This document shows, piece after piece, positions 45,355 through 58,800 of a DNA stretch of 64,000 nucleotides. Origin of the DNA: Schizochytrium sp. TIO01 (lineage: Eukaryota; Protista; Bigyra: Labyrinthulomycetes); assembly GCA_004764695.1 (NCBI GenBank), contig SMSO01000025.1, forward strand, positions 3,038,001 through 3,102,000. The letters are read 5' to 3'. Both the position numbers and the translations under genes were made by a program. The first letter of the stretch is position 1, and every line of letters begins with the position of its first letter. The notes under the pieces are model-generated. The model was given only the letters and a program-made list of their open reading frames with translations, was not told the DNA's origin and ran no database searches.

Positions 45355-46545
45355 TCAAACAGCGTAGCACATAGGGTATGCGGTGTAGCGCTTGGTTTTT
45401 GACTTGGTGGTGCGCGCGGCTTTTGACTTGCGGCGCGAGACAGCGTTATTGACAACATTGGCAGCGTCACCAGGCTGGGTCTTGCGCTCGTGGAAACCGA
45501 GGCAGCGCAGACCCTTAATGCCAATGTTGATTACACGTCCTTCGGCATTGACGCGATTCTGGAAAGCCGGCCAGATCTGGCCGGATTGGCGCAGAAGAGC
45601 AAGCACAGCAGTCTCAACTTCAGGAGTGAATGGGCAAGAGCCACCGTCGCTGCACGTAAGGTGACACAGAAGACTCTTGCGGTAGCACTCCTCAGGGCGA
45701 AGGGGCATCTTTTCGCGGGAGGCGAGCCAGTCCTCAAAGCATTCTCGAGAAATAATACCAGAGGCATCGATGCCATCTTCGGTGATTTTAATGTGCTTCA
45801 TAAAGATGCTCATGGCTGTGGCTTTGGTGCTAAGCGAGTTGCTGCTAGCGTTGTTTGCCGATGCGGCTTTCAACTTGGTCACACTTGCGGCGGCGACTAC
45901 AGCTGCTTTGGCAGGGGGCGTTGCTGACCGAGGGCGCTTTTTGCCCACAGCAGCATCGGAGCACCAACTGGGGGTAGGGCTTGCCACTGGTGTAGGAATA
46001 TCGGAGTACATGTCGGTGACAGTGTGGTTGCTGTCGGTGGATGTGCGGCGTACCTTAACCGGGCGCTGGGCATCCTCAAGCTGCGCAGGTGGCGAAGGGG
46101 CGACGTAGTCTTGAGATTTTGTGTTGATGTACAAATTCTGTCTGTGCGGTGAGGCCGGCTCAGTCTTCACAGATGCAGAGGACGGCTCACGATGCGGCTG
46201 CGGCTGTTGCTCAAATGCATAGTGCGGCTGCTGTGCGGGGTAGCTCTCGTATGCAGAAAATGTAGGCTCATAGGATGAGTATGGCTCTTGCTTGATGCAT
46301 ACATTAGGCTCTTGTTTAATACACAAGTTAGGTTCAGGTTTGATGTATAGGTTCGGGGCCGAGCGCATCGGGTGAGTGCTAATGTTGTTGTTGTAACCAT
46401 GGTGGTGATAATGATGCTGACCGTGTTCCTCTTCTTCAAAGAGACTAAAGTTACCATCAACATTGATCTCTTGCAGCCATGCCATAAGGTCCTGATCCTC
46501 CGGCTCCTGGTTGAGGCGCGGAATAATTGTACCTTCAGGCGCCAT
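45355..46545 (-). CDS. Putative transcription regulator: disordered N-terminus with (I/V)KxEP motifs, NLS, and an unrecognised globular C-terminal domain
   Basis: 396-aa ORF. Acidic/aromatic N-terminus (DLMAWLQE...FSLFEEEE), His-rich tract, four (I/V)KxEP motifs, SP/TP sites, KKRPR NLS, ~115-aa ordered domain, basic tail. Confidence 0.8.
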   Translation of the reverse strand: MAPEGTIIPRLNQEPEDQDLMAWLQEINVDGNFSLFEEEEHGQHHYHHHGYNNNISTHPMRSAPNLYIKPEPNLCIKQEPNVCIKQEPYSSYEPTFSAYESYPAQQPHYAFEQQPQPHREPSSASVKTEPASPHRQNLYINTKSQDYVAPSPPAQLEDAQRPVKVRRTSTDSNHTVTDMYSDIPTPVASPTPSWCSDAAVGKKRPRSATPPAKAAVVAAASVTKLKAASANNASSNSLSTKATAMSIFMKHIKITEDGIDASGIISRECFEDWLASREKMPLRPEECYRKSLLCHLTCSDGGSCPFTPEVETAVLALLRQSGQIWPAFQNRVNAEGRVINIGIKGLRCLGFHERKTQPGDAANVVNNAVSRRKSKAARTTKSKTKRYTAYPMCYAV

Positions 46546-49500
46546 CTCGACTATATGCTGATTCTATAATTCCTCCTGACTGTGCTATCTATGTACGTAG
46601 TATGCCACAACTGCTAGTACTTCTGCGGAGGAGGCAGACTAAACAAATGCTGCTCCTATTTTAAAGGTTGTATTACTGTTGTGCCTTGAAGGTCTCGGCT
46701 CAGGTTTAGTTTCGGGTTTGCTCCTCGCTCAGGGCGGCGGGAGAAGAAGGAAGCAATGTTATTAAGCAATAAGCAGGCACGCTAATGCTATTTGTTATTT
46801 GCTATATGTTGAACGTAGTACGGCAGATGACGACAAGGTCACTCCCGCTGCCGAGTAGTTTTCAATTTGCTGACCTCTTTTTGCTCGCGATTGCTCCTGC
46901 TTCTTTTTTTCATTACTTTTTCATTAATTCTGTTTTTATTTTTACCCTATGGTTTTAATTCTTTCTTCCTTCCTACTTATCTGCATAATATGTCTTGTTT
47001 ACCTTTAAAAAAAAAAAGTAAACAGAACAGGCGATTCGTGGGTATAATTAGTTTATTCCATATTGGTACTTTCGATGCTTGGGTCTTTTGCGCTTAGAGC
47101 ATTCGCTAGTTCTTTCGCTTACCTGGCTCTTGGCAGCGTTGCCTGAAAGAATTTTATCTCTCGTTTGGACTTGGAGTACTTGTAGGTCTACTACTATCGA
47201 CCTGTCTGTCTGTCCATCGCTACCTATAACTTGGCGTGGCGCCATAGTCTTTCGTTCACTGCATATTCTTTTAACTTCCTGTATTAAACAAACTATTATT
47301 ATTATTATTTAATTAAAGCTGATAAAAGGCGCAGGGCATCTAAAGAGTTAAAAGGAAAGACAAAGAACAACAAGCATACTACACATTGCGCAGAGAGAAA
47401 ATAAGGAGGAAAGCTTTCTGAATCAACTACTTTAAAATAAAAGCAACAATATTTCCCCCCTAAATCTATTTAAAACAAATGATGATGTTTAAAACTTTCA
47501 TAAACATTTGACGAAGGAAATCTATCATGAGGAAGAAAGGATGAAAAAAATGTTCTCTCTCTATCTGTGCCATTCGCGGTCCACCCCCTGCAACATCTTT
47601 TGCATTGCCTACCAAATCCACCTCCACTTCATCTTCATCTTCTTCTTATGTGCCCAATGCTCTCTTCTCTCAGGACTAGTTTCGGGAAAGAAACAGTCAA
47701 CTAATGATAGTCATATTAAAAAAATTGAGCGGGAATCTTTGAACGAAGCAAAAACAAATATCAGCGCGTCTCACCGGCTGCTTTCCCCCTTGTAAATAGA
47801 AAAGATTAAGAACAAATTAAAAAAAAAAAAAACTTCCGGAATAAATTAGACACAGAGAAAAGCAGCTTAACGTTAAATAAAGAACGCCCTGACGAAAGAA
47901 ATGAATTCTTAAAAAAATAAATAAAATAAATAAATCATGAATGGAATGGAACGACCACTGTCTCATTGTATGAGAAAGGGTGTGCGGGTGGAAGTAAAAA
48001 GTTTGGAAGAAAGCGCACGCGAGGTCAGCGATAGAGGAGGGCACGCGAAAAGGACCAGGCGACTCTCTCTGTCTCTCTTCATGTTCTATTGTATAATACC
48101 AATTGAATGTTTAATTTCAACCTAAAGTTTATATACAAAATGAAATGTACAGCATAAAAGAAATGCAACCACAACAAGAAATACGTTTCCCTTCTCTTGT
48201 TCTTTTGTTCCACGATCATCCTAAGAAGAGAAAACTTTTAGGATTGAAAGCCTTTTCAACCAATGAACAAGTATCATCTCCACTCCAGGATGGTTCTGTT
48301 CTAGTAGCGATGATGCACCACCTTCTCTCCTCCTTCGTGCTGTTCTAACTGCATACGTATGATTCGGTCTTGCAGGGTCCACTTTCCGAGGCGACACTCG
48401 ATACGAGCACGGGTGACACGCACTACTATCGCTCACCATTGTAGGCGACAATAACAAGCGTAAACAGGGACTTTCAAAGTGGAGTAAGAGATCGTCCACC
48501 GCAGAAAAATACATACATGAAAAGTTAAAAATTAAAATAAAAAGAGCAGAAAGAAATTAGTAATAAGTCATTCTTTCTTTTCATCCGCGCTTCCTCCTTT
48601 CTCGGCATAGGCGTCATTTTCCTCCATTCTTTCCTTTAGCATAGAGTTTGAAGAGATGAGAAAAGTGAAAGAAAGTTTGTGGCATCTACCCACCCCCCTT
48701 CCTTCTCCTTCTCATACGATGGGAAACCTAAATTGTTTTTGTTGTTCTTGTTGTTCTCCTTACCTGCATTAATATTTGAATCGAACTGCTTATTGTTTTT
48801 AGTTTGATTTCTTTTTTACTTTCAAAGGGAGCTGTACCTGCTAAAGAAGCTGGACCGCGTTCTTTACCTCGACTCCTCACTTGAGCTGCGACAACTATCT
48901 GTGAATAAATTGAATTAAAAAAAGAATATCAGGTGAGCCAGCGATGAGGATTTCATTTAGGTAACACTATCATAGTGTTCTCTTCTTCGACCATCATAAC
49001 AGATGTCGCTGCAACGTTTTACTTTTTTCTCTCTCTCTGCCTCTCGCTTAAAGGTTTCCTTCCTGCTGGTTTTGGAAGAACGCTCATATAGAGCTGAATG
49101 AAATAGTTAAGTTATTATGGCTGCTTTATTTATTTAAATTTTATTTTTTAATGATGAACGAATCAAAAATGCGCAGAAACCAATGAAGGAGGGTTTAACA
49201 AATGCGAACGAAAAAAGAAGGCAAAGAAGAGATATAGACAAAAAAAAAATATGTGGCACAAATTTGTTTTATGTATCAGCAGCAATGAGAGAAAGAGGCA
49301 GTCCTGCTGTTCCTTATATTGCAACATCAAAGGCACTATTGTCATCTAGTTTCTACTAGCAAGCGAATAATGACGAGGCCACTTGATCCTCTCATTGCTG
49401 CGACCGCCGCATCTCTCCCTTTATGGCACCAGGTTAACCAGCCATGGAACCAAAACAACGCCACTCTAAAATTATCAATGGCCTCTTTGGTCAAAAGAAC

Positions 49501-52500
49501 GACGAAATCCCGTCGATGCGTTTCTTGGGAAGTCTAAGGTAATAACCTTTTGAATTTACAAAATCCCTACTATGTTTAAAATAAATAGTTTCCTAATTTT
49601 AAAAACTTAAATACAATAGTAACACAATGAGAAGCACAGAAAGAAAAAAAAATGTCCTCTTTCGTATTTCATTCGAAAAGAACATGCTTTCCATTAAAAA
49701 AAATTTAAAAAATTAAGAATATATATATAATAGTGAAACAAGAAGGAGCCAAATGACACATTGTTCGTATCAAAAACTGTCTTTTCTGAATTCTACCAAA
49801 AAATTGAAAACCAGCGATCTTTTAGACAGCGTCTCTTCCCTCTTCACCGTCGTGATGAATCATTCATAGACATGGAGATAATCGCCGCACTGGCTGAATG
49901 AATAGCACGTTCCAACCGCAGCCTTCATTTTCTTGTCATCTGTTCCATCATTCATGCATGAACTCAGTTCATTTGCCGATCCTTTTTTATAAAAATGAAT
50001 AAAATCTCCTTAAAAGAGAACAGGAATGAACTTTTAGAACAGGCAGATCTCCGATTACTTTTAATAAAGTTGTTCAACAATTTACTATTATAAATAGAAG
50101 CACAGTAGTACATTCAAGTTTTTGCGCGCCACAGAGCACGTGGTATCTAGCGTTGGAGGGAGGTCTCGGCCAATCAATCAACCAATCGATGACCTAGATT
50201 TAGAATCAGCCTCTAAGCACGATGGCGTTGCGACCCAAGTGGTCTCGACACATGCTCTGTGCCGGCCTCCTCCGAAGCGCTGACCAGCGGCTCGCTGGCG
50301 TCCCCGGCCTACGCGAAATGTTGTGGAGCAGAGCAAGGGTCCATCCCGGCCTTCTTTGTTTATTTCTTTGTTTGTTTGCTTGTTTTATCCTTTGTTTCAT
50401 TCTTTGCTTATTTCTTTATGTTTCATTTCTTTACTTATTTCTTTCAAAGTTTTTTCATTTCTTTGCTTTGGTTTCCACTTTTTGGTATTATGCATTGTTG
50501 TTCTAGTTTGGGTTTCCCCGTAGGTAGGTACATGCTTTTCCCTCTCCCTCCAGATATGCTCTATGCTCTGTGTGGGTAGCAAGAACCATAGCAAGTATTA
50601 AGAAAATGGTCTCGTTTAATTATCAGTTGAATAAATAACTAAAGGAATAAGTGGAACGGAGGAACAGCAATTCGCCAGCATAATGGAACAAAAAGGTTTC
50701 GTTTCAATCATCATTTATATCGGTAGTTTTTACTCTTTGAGGTTCAAAACTAACGGACGTCGGTGAGGAAATAGATAGGCACAAGCAGAAGGGGGCACCT
50801 ACATTGAAAAGAAAGAGTCGCTTTAGTTTCTTTCGTAAAAACCATTTTTTTTCAATCAATTGAAACAAAGACAAAAGTTATTTTCTCAACAAGAATGGGT
50901 GGAAAGCTGTCAGTGAGCAGATTGTATAAAACAAAAATGAGTAAACTATTGTTTTATATATAGCGTTCTTTTATTTAAGCTCCTGGTTGAGAGAATAAAA
51001 ATAGTATGGTAATTATATAATTGTTCGAATTGCTGCAGCCTGGCAGAGAACCTTTTAAAAGAGCAGTGCTTTACTGATAGTAATCGCTACACAAAGGCAC
51101 AGACGCAGAAACAATGCGTTTGAGGTAGTAATCCCCAAAAGTAGACTCAGAAATGTTGCGCGAAGACCGATGGAGCTCGGGGGCTTCGTACTCTATTGCA
51201 TTGGAGAAGAATCATCGGTGCAGCGTTTTATGAATAACAGCAGCTCTACACCTTTACACAGCTTGAAACGAGCAGCTCGGGAAAGAGAAATTTACCGTTC
51301 TTTCTAAAAATAGAACAATTATAAAACATGAAAACAGTAGTATCTCCTGGAAAGGAATAAAAAATATTTCACTCCAAGTCTATCCTCCCATTCCATTGCC
51401 CTTACTCCCCGTTGTGAGTTCGTTTCATCCATCTCACAAAGAATTTCTTAATGGCCTTGCTATCCACCGAGTGAATCGCTATACTCAAAGGACGAGACAA
51501 GAGAGGGACAAGAAACGAAAACAAGAGACCTGAGAGAGAACACTGAGTTATTCAATTCTAGTTTTGTTCATTGGCTCTCTAAGATACCACTTAAGAAACA
51601 CAAGACAAGCCTTACTCTGGTTGAAACATTACATATTAGAAAGAAAATAAATCAAAACGAAAATAAAAAAATTAATTAAAAAATACATTATATTGTAATA
51701 ATGGTGGAAGGACAAAGTTAAGGAATTACGTTTCATGAAAGTAATAAAAGCATTCTGGCGATGTGTTTGTTGGATAACTCAACTTACAAACTTTGCTCTG
51801 ATAGGATCCACTTAAAGATGATGAATGAATCCTCTTTATTTCGAGTTTTCCTCTGTCTGTGTCCTTCACTTGAGTATTCTCGTTCGTATGTCCACTATCT
51901 ATTCTCCAAAGACTTAATTGATCAATCCCACCGGCGTGCCTTACAGGCCTCGAAATCCACACTCCCCGTGCCACGTCTGCCGCGGCTTAATCATTCTACG
52001 AGAGGCATTCGGCTTAAATAATCATCAACGAATGAAATCACCAAATTCTCCACTTTTAATTAAAAAAGTTTTCACGCCACCTTCAAAGCAATCGCCGCCG
52101 CAGTTGCTTCTACAAGCGGGACGGACGGACCCAAACACTTCAGCACCACAGTCTCTTGCAACAACACAAGTTCCTTTCAAGCTTTCTTCGCCTCCACAGA
52201 AACTGGCAAAACCCGGGCTACATCTTGTTGAACAGGGAGCGAGCTTGAGGCAGGAGCACAAGAGAATGATAAGTTCCTCTCTTCGGGTACTTATCGTCGT
52301 TCAAAGAAGCGACGGTACGAAAGTCTTCTTTTGCCGTGCGAAATGACGCCTCACATATTCACTAGCCAAAAACAACCATTTTACTTTAGTTTAAAAGTTG
52401 TTTTCAATACCTTATTATTTTTAAATCAACATATTGAAATTGAAAAGGAATAAAAGAATGCTCTTTCGTGTTTTTAATTTTTTATGAAAGGCAGCTTCCA

Positions 52501-55500
52501 CTCCACACTGTCAGCATGTAGTATGGACTACTACTACTAGGCCGTGTTCGTTTCCTTCCTTTTCCCATTTCATCTCCTGCCTGAGAGCGCAGTGTCGCGC
52601 TGCCATAGCAGTCACTATAGTAAATTATAGCAGTATATCTTTACTAAAAAATTGAAGATTAAAAAACTTATATACAAATCTCTTTTCTTGCTCGAGATCA
52701 CAATAAAACAATTAGTTGAGGACAAGAGGACAAAAGAGGTTTGTGAATTATATAGTGGATTAAAGTCGTGCAGGTGGTTAGTGTGATATTTGTGATGTTG
52801 GAGGCAGAGGTGCCTTATGTTCGAACTCAAGCTCAAGCCCAGGCTTTTCGGATTAGGATGATCAATCTAAAGTTGTGTTACGATCATCAAGAGTTGGAAA
52901 TCGCTTTTAAGTCGCGTTGATTACAAGTCTTGTCAAGGCAGAGAAACACAAGACAAACAATACACAAGAAACAATGTCGCAAAAACCTTGCAGCCGTGTG
53001 GGGCATCTAGATAAAATTCGTGTGCAGCCCCAGCACCGCAAAGCAATGTCATTTTATTAGACAAAACTTACGCGCTTAACCATAGTCTCTCCTGGGATCA
53101 ATTGACATGTATGCTCTGGCTATATTTTCTTTTGTTCTCACCCTTGCAAAGCAGAGGAAAGTCAAGCTTTACTCCTTGAAATTAAACGAGTTGTGCAGAG
53201 AAACATTCGCAGTGAATTTGTCTTATAAAGTTACACACGGAGAAGTGCCTCTTAACGGCATTTTAAATAAGAGTGGATTTTAGTCCCAAGTGTTTGGTTC
53301 TTTGGATGCTGATAAAAACTCACTGAATGAGGCTTGATCAAATTTGCGTATAACTCAAATGAAGGAATAGATCTTAGCTTTGATCGAAAGGTAGCGTTAT
53401 TCATCGTTCGTATTCTTAAACATTATCATTCCAAGATGTTCCTGAGGCCCCAATTGCGACATAACATAAGCGAACATTATATTCTAAACTAACATGCGTC
53501 AAAGTTATTCCTTTGGCCTGTGAACTTATTAAATATTTGCACACATCTTCCATGCAGCGACGCAGACATCCCAATTCATTGGAGGAGTTCCTGCTATAGC
53601 TCGGAGTGCCTTTGGTTCTCCAGCATGTTTCCTTAATCAAAGTTGCTGGCGGCGACGCCCTGATAGTCACAAAGTATCGTGTTTGCTGCTTCTCCACACA
53701 CTATCTTTTACTCACCGAGATGAAATGACATTCGTTGTCGTGGCCTCGAAGCGGGTAAGACCATCGTGGCATCGTGTAAGACCGGTACTTTACAAGTAGG
53801 AGTCTTACTGGAAGTGTGATGTCCAGTTATAAACCTTATCCAATAGAGAAGAAAGAAAAGAAAGAGAGTATCATACCTAGTTTACCTCTCTATTTTCTAT
53901 TTTCTATTTTCTATTTCTATTTTCTCTTTCGCAGATAGAACAGGCGAGAAACACAAATTAAAAGAATATGGGGACGCCCGACTTTTGTTCCACAGTGGTT
54001 AGATATAATCTCCGCTCCGATCTTGCCTGCCTGCTGAGCTGTTTACAGACAGACAGACAGACAGACCGTAGCGTGCTCAGGTCCATTTCGGGTGACGATG
54101 TTTTTTTTTGTTTGGGCAGTGCAGTGGTTTTTCGAGAATGAGTTCTTCGCGAGGTTGCGTTGTTATTTACTAGAGCAGAGCAAAAAGGCAAACAGCAAGC
54201 AGCAGGGCGACTGCCTTGCTTGCTTTCCAGATGAAGATAGATCTAGCTAGTATCACAAATTGTAATCCCAGGTTGCACACCATCGTACCCATAAGCTTGG
54301 ATTTCTCACTGTTCCCAAGCAGAAGATCACTTGGAAACTAGGGCTCAAAATGAGGGAGCTAGAGCACCCAGCCAGGGTGCGGTACCAGGTCTCGCCAAAC
54401 CTGAGGTGCCTGATGTTGCTTAGCTGAGAAGCACATACAGCATGAGACTTGAAGCACCAGCTGCAACGCAGAGGAGCTGCTACTGGTACGGGCACCCATC
54501 GCATACACACACAAGCACAGCCCTGCAAGATATAATACAAGCAAGCAAGCAAGCAAGAGAGCAGCAAGCTCTGCTAGGCTGCTTGCTACCTCGACGCCAC
54601 GCAAGCTCATGAAAAGCCCAGCCTGTCTGTTCTCCATTACCAAACAGAAATGGCACAGCCAGGTAAACTTGTTTCTGCACTGCTGTTACTGCGATTAGAT
54701 GCTTCTTGTTGCGCCCTTAATCTTGAGTCGTCCGATTATATGCTTTTCTAGAACCATGCGGCACTTGTTTTGCTCCTCCGCAACGAGTTTGGGGCTCAAC
54801 TTGAGTATGGGGTTCGTTTCTTTGATATTCGAATGATTGATGATGATGATGATGATGGATGATTGCGTCAGGGTGTGCGTAGTTAGATGCTACCGCTGGT
54901 AGGACCCTACCTCTCGAGAGCCTTACGTCTCATGTAGTGAGCCTTAGTGCCATGCGTCTCCGCAAGCCCCTAAACGAACCTTTTTTTGAGTTAGGTAGTA
55001 GCAAGATGAAGATGAAGATGAAGATGATTGTATGTATGAGGAGCATGTCATTCAATTAGAGTGAACTCTTCTTGTTGGTTGTGCGACGCTGCTGGCTGCA
55101 TTCTGCAGGTAGGTCGCTGCATATAGGCAGCTAAATCGCTATAAAGGTGCTAGACGTATTGCTCACTTGGTAGCCACTCTTCTGCCAAGTACTTCTACTG
55201 TGGTGCAATCTTGGAGTCTAGCAATTGACCTAATTAAACGCTGTTCTGGTATAAGAAGCTCACTCGCTCACTCGCTCACTCGCTCGTTGTAGCTTTAGGG
55301 ATGACGATGAGAAAGTGATGAATGTGCCGCCGACATAAAGAAGATCGGATAAGTCGCTCACTGCAGCCAGCGTATTGGTACCAAAGCACACCAGCCGCAT
55401 TTAGTGGCACTCATGATGCAAACGCACAAGCAAGCAAGCAAATATACAACGAAGCGCTTGGGTAGCACAATTCTACAATTACAATCTATTTGCCAATTTG

Positions 55501-55690
55501 TTTCTACGATCGCCGTTGAAAAATTCATCTAGGAAAGCGGACCATGACTGGCTTGAACAAAGTCGTCACGATGCTTATCGCAATGCAAAGATCCATGTAC
55601 TCACATGGTTGTTCGCCAGCTCTTTACCAGCCTGCCTGCCTGCCAGCCAGCCAGTTGTTTTCTTGCCAATCACTCATGCAAGTTATCAAA

Positions 55691-55846
55691 TGTAGGAGGA
55701 GCTTGAGACTATTGAGACTTGGTCGCTGATAGTTCGACGAGGTTTACTGCTAAATTGTGTCTTGTTTTTTTGAAGGAGGAGCTTGAGTTTATTAAGATTT
55801 GATCGCTAATACTTCAACGAGGTTTACTGTTAAATTATGTCATGTT
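55691..55846. repeat. 80-bp-period tandem duplication (2 copies, 64/76 identical)
   Basis: 55691-55766 aligns ungapped with 55771-55846. Confidence 0.92.
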
Positions 55847-58800
55847 GATGTTATATCACTTGCCCAGCGTTTAAAAGCGCACACGCGGGAGCAGAAATTC
55901 CTTGAAAATTATGGCTTGGCCGCGATCGAGGCGGGCCCTTCAATTTTTGCTCCGACACCGTTTGAGCCTTCCTCAATGTCTAAGTGCTTCCATCGCCTTG
56001 TATTATTCGGGGGTTGTTTTTTTAGAATGCAAAACCTGTGTTGAAATCTGCCATGGAATGTCCATCGCCACCCTGGCTCCCGTAAGCCTCGAGCAGGAAC
56101 TTGAAACGACATCTGCAGTTTCTTTGCCATACATAAACTTGCACACTTAAACAGAGTAAGTGCAACAATCAATATCTATTATCTACAATGCCTCCAGAAG
56201 CATCACACCAGCTAGAACTGGTTTGTTTGTCGGGTTAGTCCATCAATGGGTGAGGATCTCTTCACGAAGGATAGCTTTGCGAACACCCCCCCTCAACCTT
56301 CATTGTACCACTCGTAGTGATACAGTAGATAGGTAGATAGTACCTGTAGCAGCGTTTATTTCACTTGCTTATATAATGCTGTTAGTTTTTTGTTTAATTT
56401 ATAAAATATAATTTTTTTTTTATTTTTAATATAATCAAATATAAATATAAATATAGAGATGTATTAGAAATAAAGAGAACTTTGAATAAATACCATAAGG
56501 CGGAGATAGCTTGTACGAGAAACAGTGATCGGCCCACTCCGAAGGACGTGGTCTGAGGATCGGCACAGAACGGGAAGAAGTTGGATGCGCCTTCGAATCC
56601 TCCATGGCAGTTTATCAGAATTCCAAGGGGGTTTCTTTGGTCAGTTGAGTTGGTAATAGTGAAATTTAGCGGCACGTGAAAGGAGGCTACTACGATAAGG
56701 AAGAAACTGAAGGGGCTAAAAGGGGGAACATAGGAAAAAAGAAAAGGAAACAAGGCGGAACGCGTTTATAGTCTTTGAAGACCAGACAGAGACAGAGTGA
56801 TGACATCTCTCCTTTAAAACTCCAAAACGACAAGAGGGATATGATTTCTGCTAAAACCAGATTTGGTTGGGAGTGTCTTACTCGATGCACCCTTTCTCTT
56901 CATCGACGTGAATTCTATTTACATTCTACCCACGATCCGCGATCGAAACAACCCACTTGGTAGTTTTTTTCAAAACAAGATCTTATCAGCTTTGTTAACT
57001 TTGACATACAAATCGCAGATACCAAGCCTATAGCGTGGCGTGGCACCTCGAACGGTGTGTGTAAATTAATGTGTGTGTATTTGCTTGAGCCGACTGTCTG
57101 TCTTTAACAAAGGGAGTAAGAAAGCAAGAAATTCGAATAGGAGGGTGATTTATTTGGAAAGGACAAGTGCCAACAATAAGAAAAATGATTCAATTCATTT
57201 ACATAAAGACTTTTCGTGAAATTCTATTTCAAGCCCCATGAACGTCCAGTATTTTTACTCTGGTACATTGTTACCTGGGTCGAGAATAGGTTATTTCATA
57301 AATTTGATTCTTTGAACTCCAATCTATGACGGATAGTGTCTTCATTTCTCTTTTATATATAAACATGAATATACAATTTCACTTTGGAGTGTCCACACTG
57401 AGTAAGTTTATTAGTTCTATCCGGTTCGCCTTGTTTGCAAATCTAAAATGAGCTGTTCTTGCCATAATCGCTCTCTCCTACCTACTTGCATCCCTTTATA
57501 AGTAACTCGTTTCTCACCCAAAGGCACGGGCCCTCCAGAACTGCCTATCATAGTAATAAAATGAGGCCTGAAGCTATTTTCAGTAGGGTCACCTTGAAGC
57601 ATTTTCCCTAATAAACTTGAACTTGATGTTTTAACCTCATAGTCTGGCACATGGTTCTGTTGGCAAGAACGCCGCAATGAATAACTGAAGTGGAAGACAT
57701 TCACTCGTCTGATTTCCTTCTTGCAATTATGAGGACCTGTCCCATCGATCGTCTCTCTAAACTCCTGCTTCCTTCCACTCATCGTAAGATCCCCTCTGGT
57801 GGCTGACTGAAGGATCTTCCTTCTTAATTCTTAGAAAAGTAGGTTCTGCTATTGCTGATTCTAATGAAGAAAACTACGAACTGCCAGACGGGTCGATCCG
57901 CCATACCCTCTTTCGGGTCGACGCTCCGAGTTCGCTGCAGCATAGTAGCTTTGAAGTCCCGCGATGAAGCTGCCATTGCATTGCGAAGCTCGAAAGAAAG
58001 CGGCGGCGACACAATCTATCGCATGGTCCTCTTCTTAGCGATTCGCACGCGCTGCTCTTGCGCCTGAAATCACGGCTTTGCAAAGCTTAGGTCCATCTCT
58101 ACCTTGGGAAAGTGAGCACGTTTTCTCGAGCAATCAAAAAAACCACCATGGAAATCCAGCGCGCCTAAAAGCTGACGGGGGGGCGCGCCCACCGCTTGAT
58201 GATGCCTGCCAATGCAGCGCACCTATTGCTGGCAGTTCGTCTGTCTTCAAAGTCCAAGAAAGGCCGCAACCGCTGCTGCACTAACGCAGCGATTAAACAC
58301 GCGAACAGGAACGAAAACAGGATAAGGTGGCATAGGACTCCTAGTACCTGTCCCTCGGCGATGCGCTTACATATGTCGCTTTTCGTCTCGTCATTGTAAT
58401 TATTTCCATAGAGACAAGATACGCCACTGTGGGTGGACTGACGCAGTGTGGGAGGGGTGTGCGCGAGCAGGCAATGAAAGGAAGGAAGGAAGGAAGGAAG
58501 ACCTGCAAGGAAAGAGAAGCGAAGGTCGAGTGACAGACATCCCCACTCACTGCGCGGCACGTCGTCTATGTCGATCCGGCCGGTTGCTCGGCACTCCTCA
58601 CTCCAGGAAGGTAGTTAGGCCCCTGGCGCATCTTTGCCTCATTCGTTCCGTGCTGCGCGAAACTGGTCTCTTCAGGCCTCGCTTCGTGTCGTGTCGTGAA
58701 ATCAATGAATGAATTAATGAATGAATAAACCAGTTGAATTCATTCCTTATAATAGCACCGTGAGACTGGCTTTCCTCTCTTCTTCGCCTCGCTTGGTCCG

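Noticed and set aside
53755-53934. Plus-strand GT...polypyrimidine-CAG intron-like segment in the gene desert
   Set aside because: Splicing yields only an ~18-codon ORF, and the pyrimidine tract is a (TATTTTC)n repeat.
57417-57782. 121-aa ATG ORF in the gene desert
   Set aside because: No recognisable domain or codon bias; length is within chance expectation.
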